A DNA stretch of 23,257 bases from an uncultured Alcaligenaceae bacterium (lineage in GTDB: Bacteria > Planctomycetota > Planctomycetia > Gemmatales > Gemmataceae), in contig CAZFGM010000015.1 of NCBI GenBank assembly GCA_964518515.1, positions 1-23,257 on the forward strand, in the 5' to 3' direction. The position numbers were made by a program, and so were the translations under genes. Within the stretch, counting starts at the first letter, position 1. The number at the start of each line of letters is the position of its first letter. Of this stretch, positions 23,222 through 23,257 are shown one piece after another. The notes below the pieces were generated by a model. It did not search any database, was not told the DNA's origin, and worked only from the letters and a program-made list of their open reading frames with translations.

Positions 23222-23257
23222 GTAGCACGGATTTCCCAATCCGTTTCGCAGCCACGG
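23222..23257. repeat. Second copy of the family A palindromic element, truncated by the window end.
   Basis: GTAGCACGGATTTCCCAATCCGTTTCGCAGCC aligns with GTAGGACGGATTTCCAATCCGTCCTCGCCCGCAG at 1198-1231. Hairpin ACGGATT (23227-23233) / AATCCGT (23238-23244). Confidence 0.5.

Noticed and set aside
1-23257. Search for tRNA, rRNA or other structured RNA genes
   Set aside because: No cloverleaf-compatible segment or rRNA-like conserved block was recognised by eye. The only non-coding stretches longer than 100 nt (1-243, 11485-11940, 18645-19040, 21373-21639) look like leader or promoter regions. A covariance-model scan would be needed to exclude small RNAs.

Overview
This is a GC-rich (roughly 60-65%) bacterial window in which every credible gene lies on the + strand and genes are tightly packed, many with ATGA/GTGA start-stop overlaps. 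I see four blocks.

- Block 1 (244-5174): a four-gene module of hydrogenase-4-like / complex-I-like membrane proteins in hyfC-hyfE-hyfF-hyfG order (NuoH-like, HyfE-like, NuoN/M-like antiporter-like, and a NuoC-NuoD fused 'large subunit'). The large subunit has lost the [NiFe] cysteine ligands, which points to an energy-converting-hydrogenase-related (Ehr-type) complex rather than a true hydrogenase. Every intercistronic gap in this module carries a large, distinct palindromic element. One of these families recurs in frame inside the large-subunit gene (with a 24-nt tandem duplication), and another recurs at the 3' window edge.

- Block 2 (5248-9936): a gene with its own sigma70-like promoter encoding a secreted YVTN beta-propeller fused to a di-heme cytochrome c peroxidase domain. 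It is followed by a lower-GC DUF4058 gene, an inositol-monophosphatase-family gene and mtnA.

- Block 3 (10054-18644): a secreted hypothetical protein, then an ABC-transporter gene chain. An Rpn-like PD-(D/E)XK/DUF4351 gene sits between the FtsX-type permease and its ATPase. That gene contains an internal RBS plus ATG for the C-terminal DUF4351 domain, and a recently duplicated stand-alone DUF4351 gene follows it. This resembles the Rpn/RpnS toxin-intragenic-antitoxin arrangement. Downstream are a tandem-duplicated ModA-like binding protein, ModB- and ModC-like genes, and a MoaD/ThiS-like GG protein. The MoaD-like TAG stop is followed in frame by about 65 codons of coding-like sequence with no start codon.

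- Block 4 (18971-23257): a NfeD-like/flotillin operon with a downstream hairpin. Next comes a small PadR-like regulator whose C-terminal peptide LTDTLHDVW repeats at the N-terminus of the following DUF4432 gene. The two copies differ mainly at synonymous third positions, and a (GAGAAA)n microsatellite lies between them.

I recognised no rRNA, tRNA or CRISPR. All long minus-strand ORFs are antisense artefacts.
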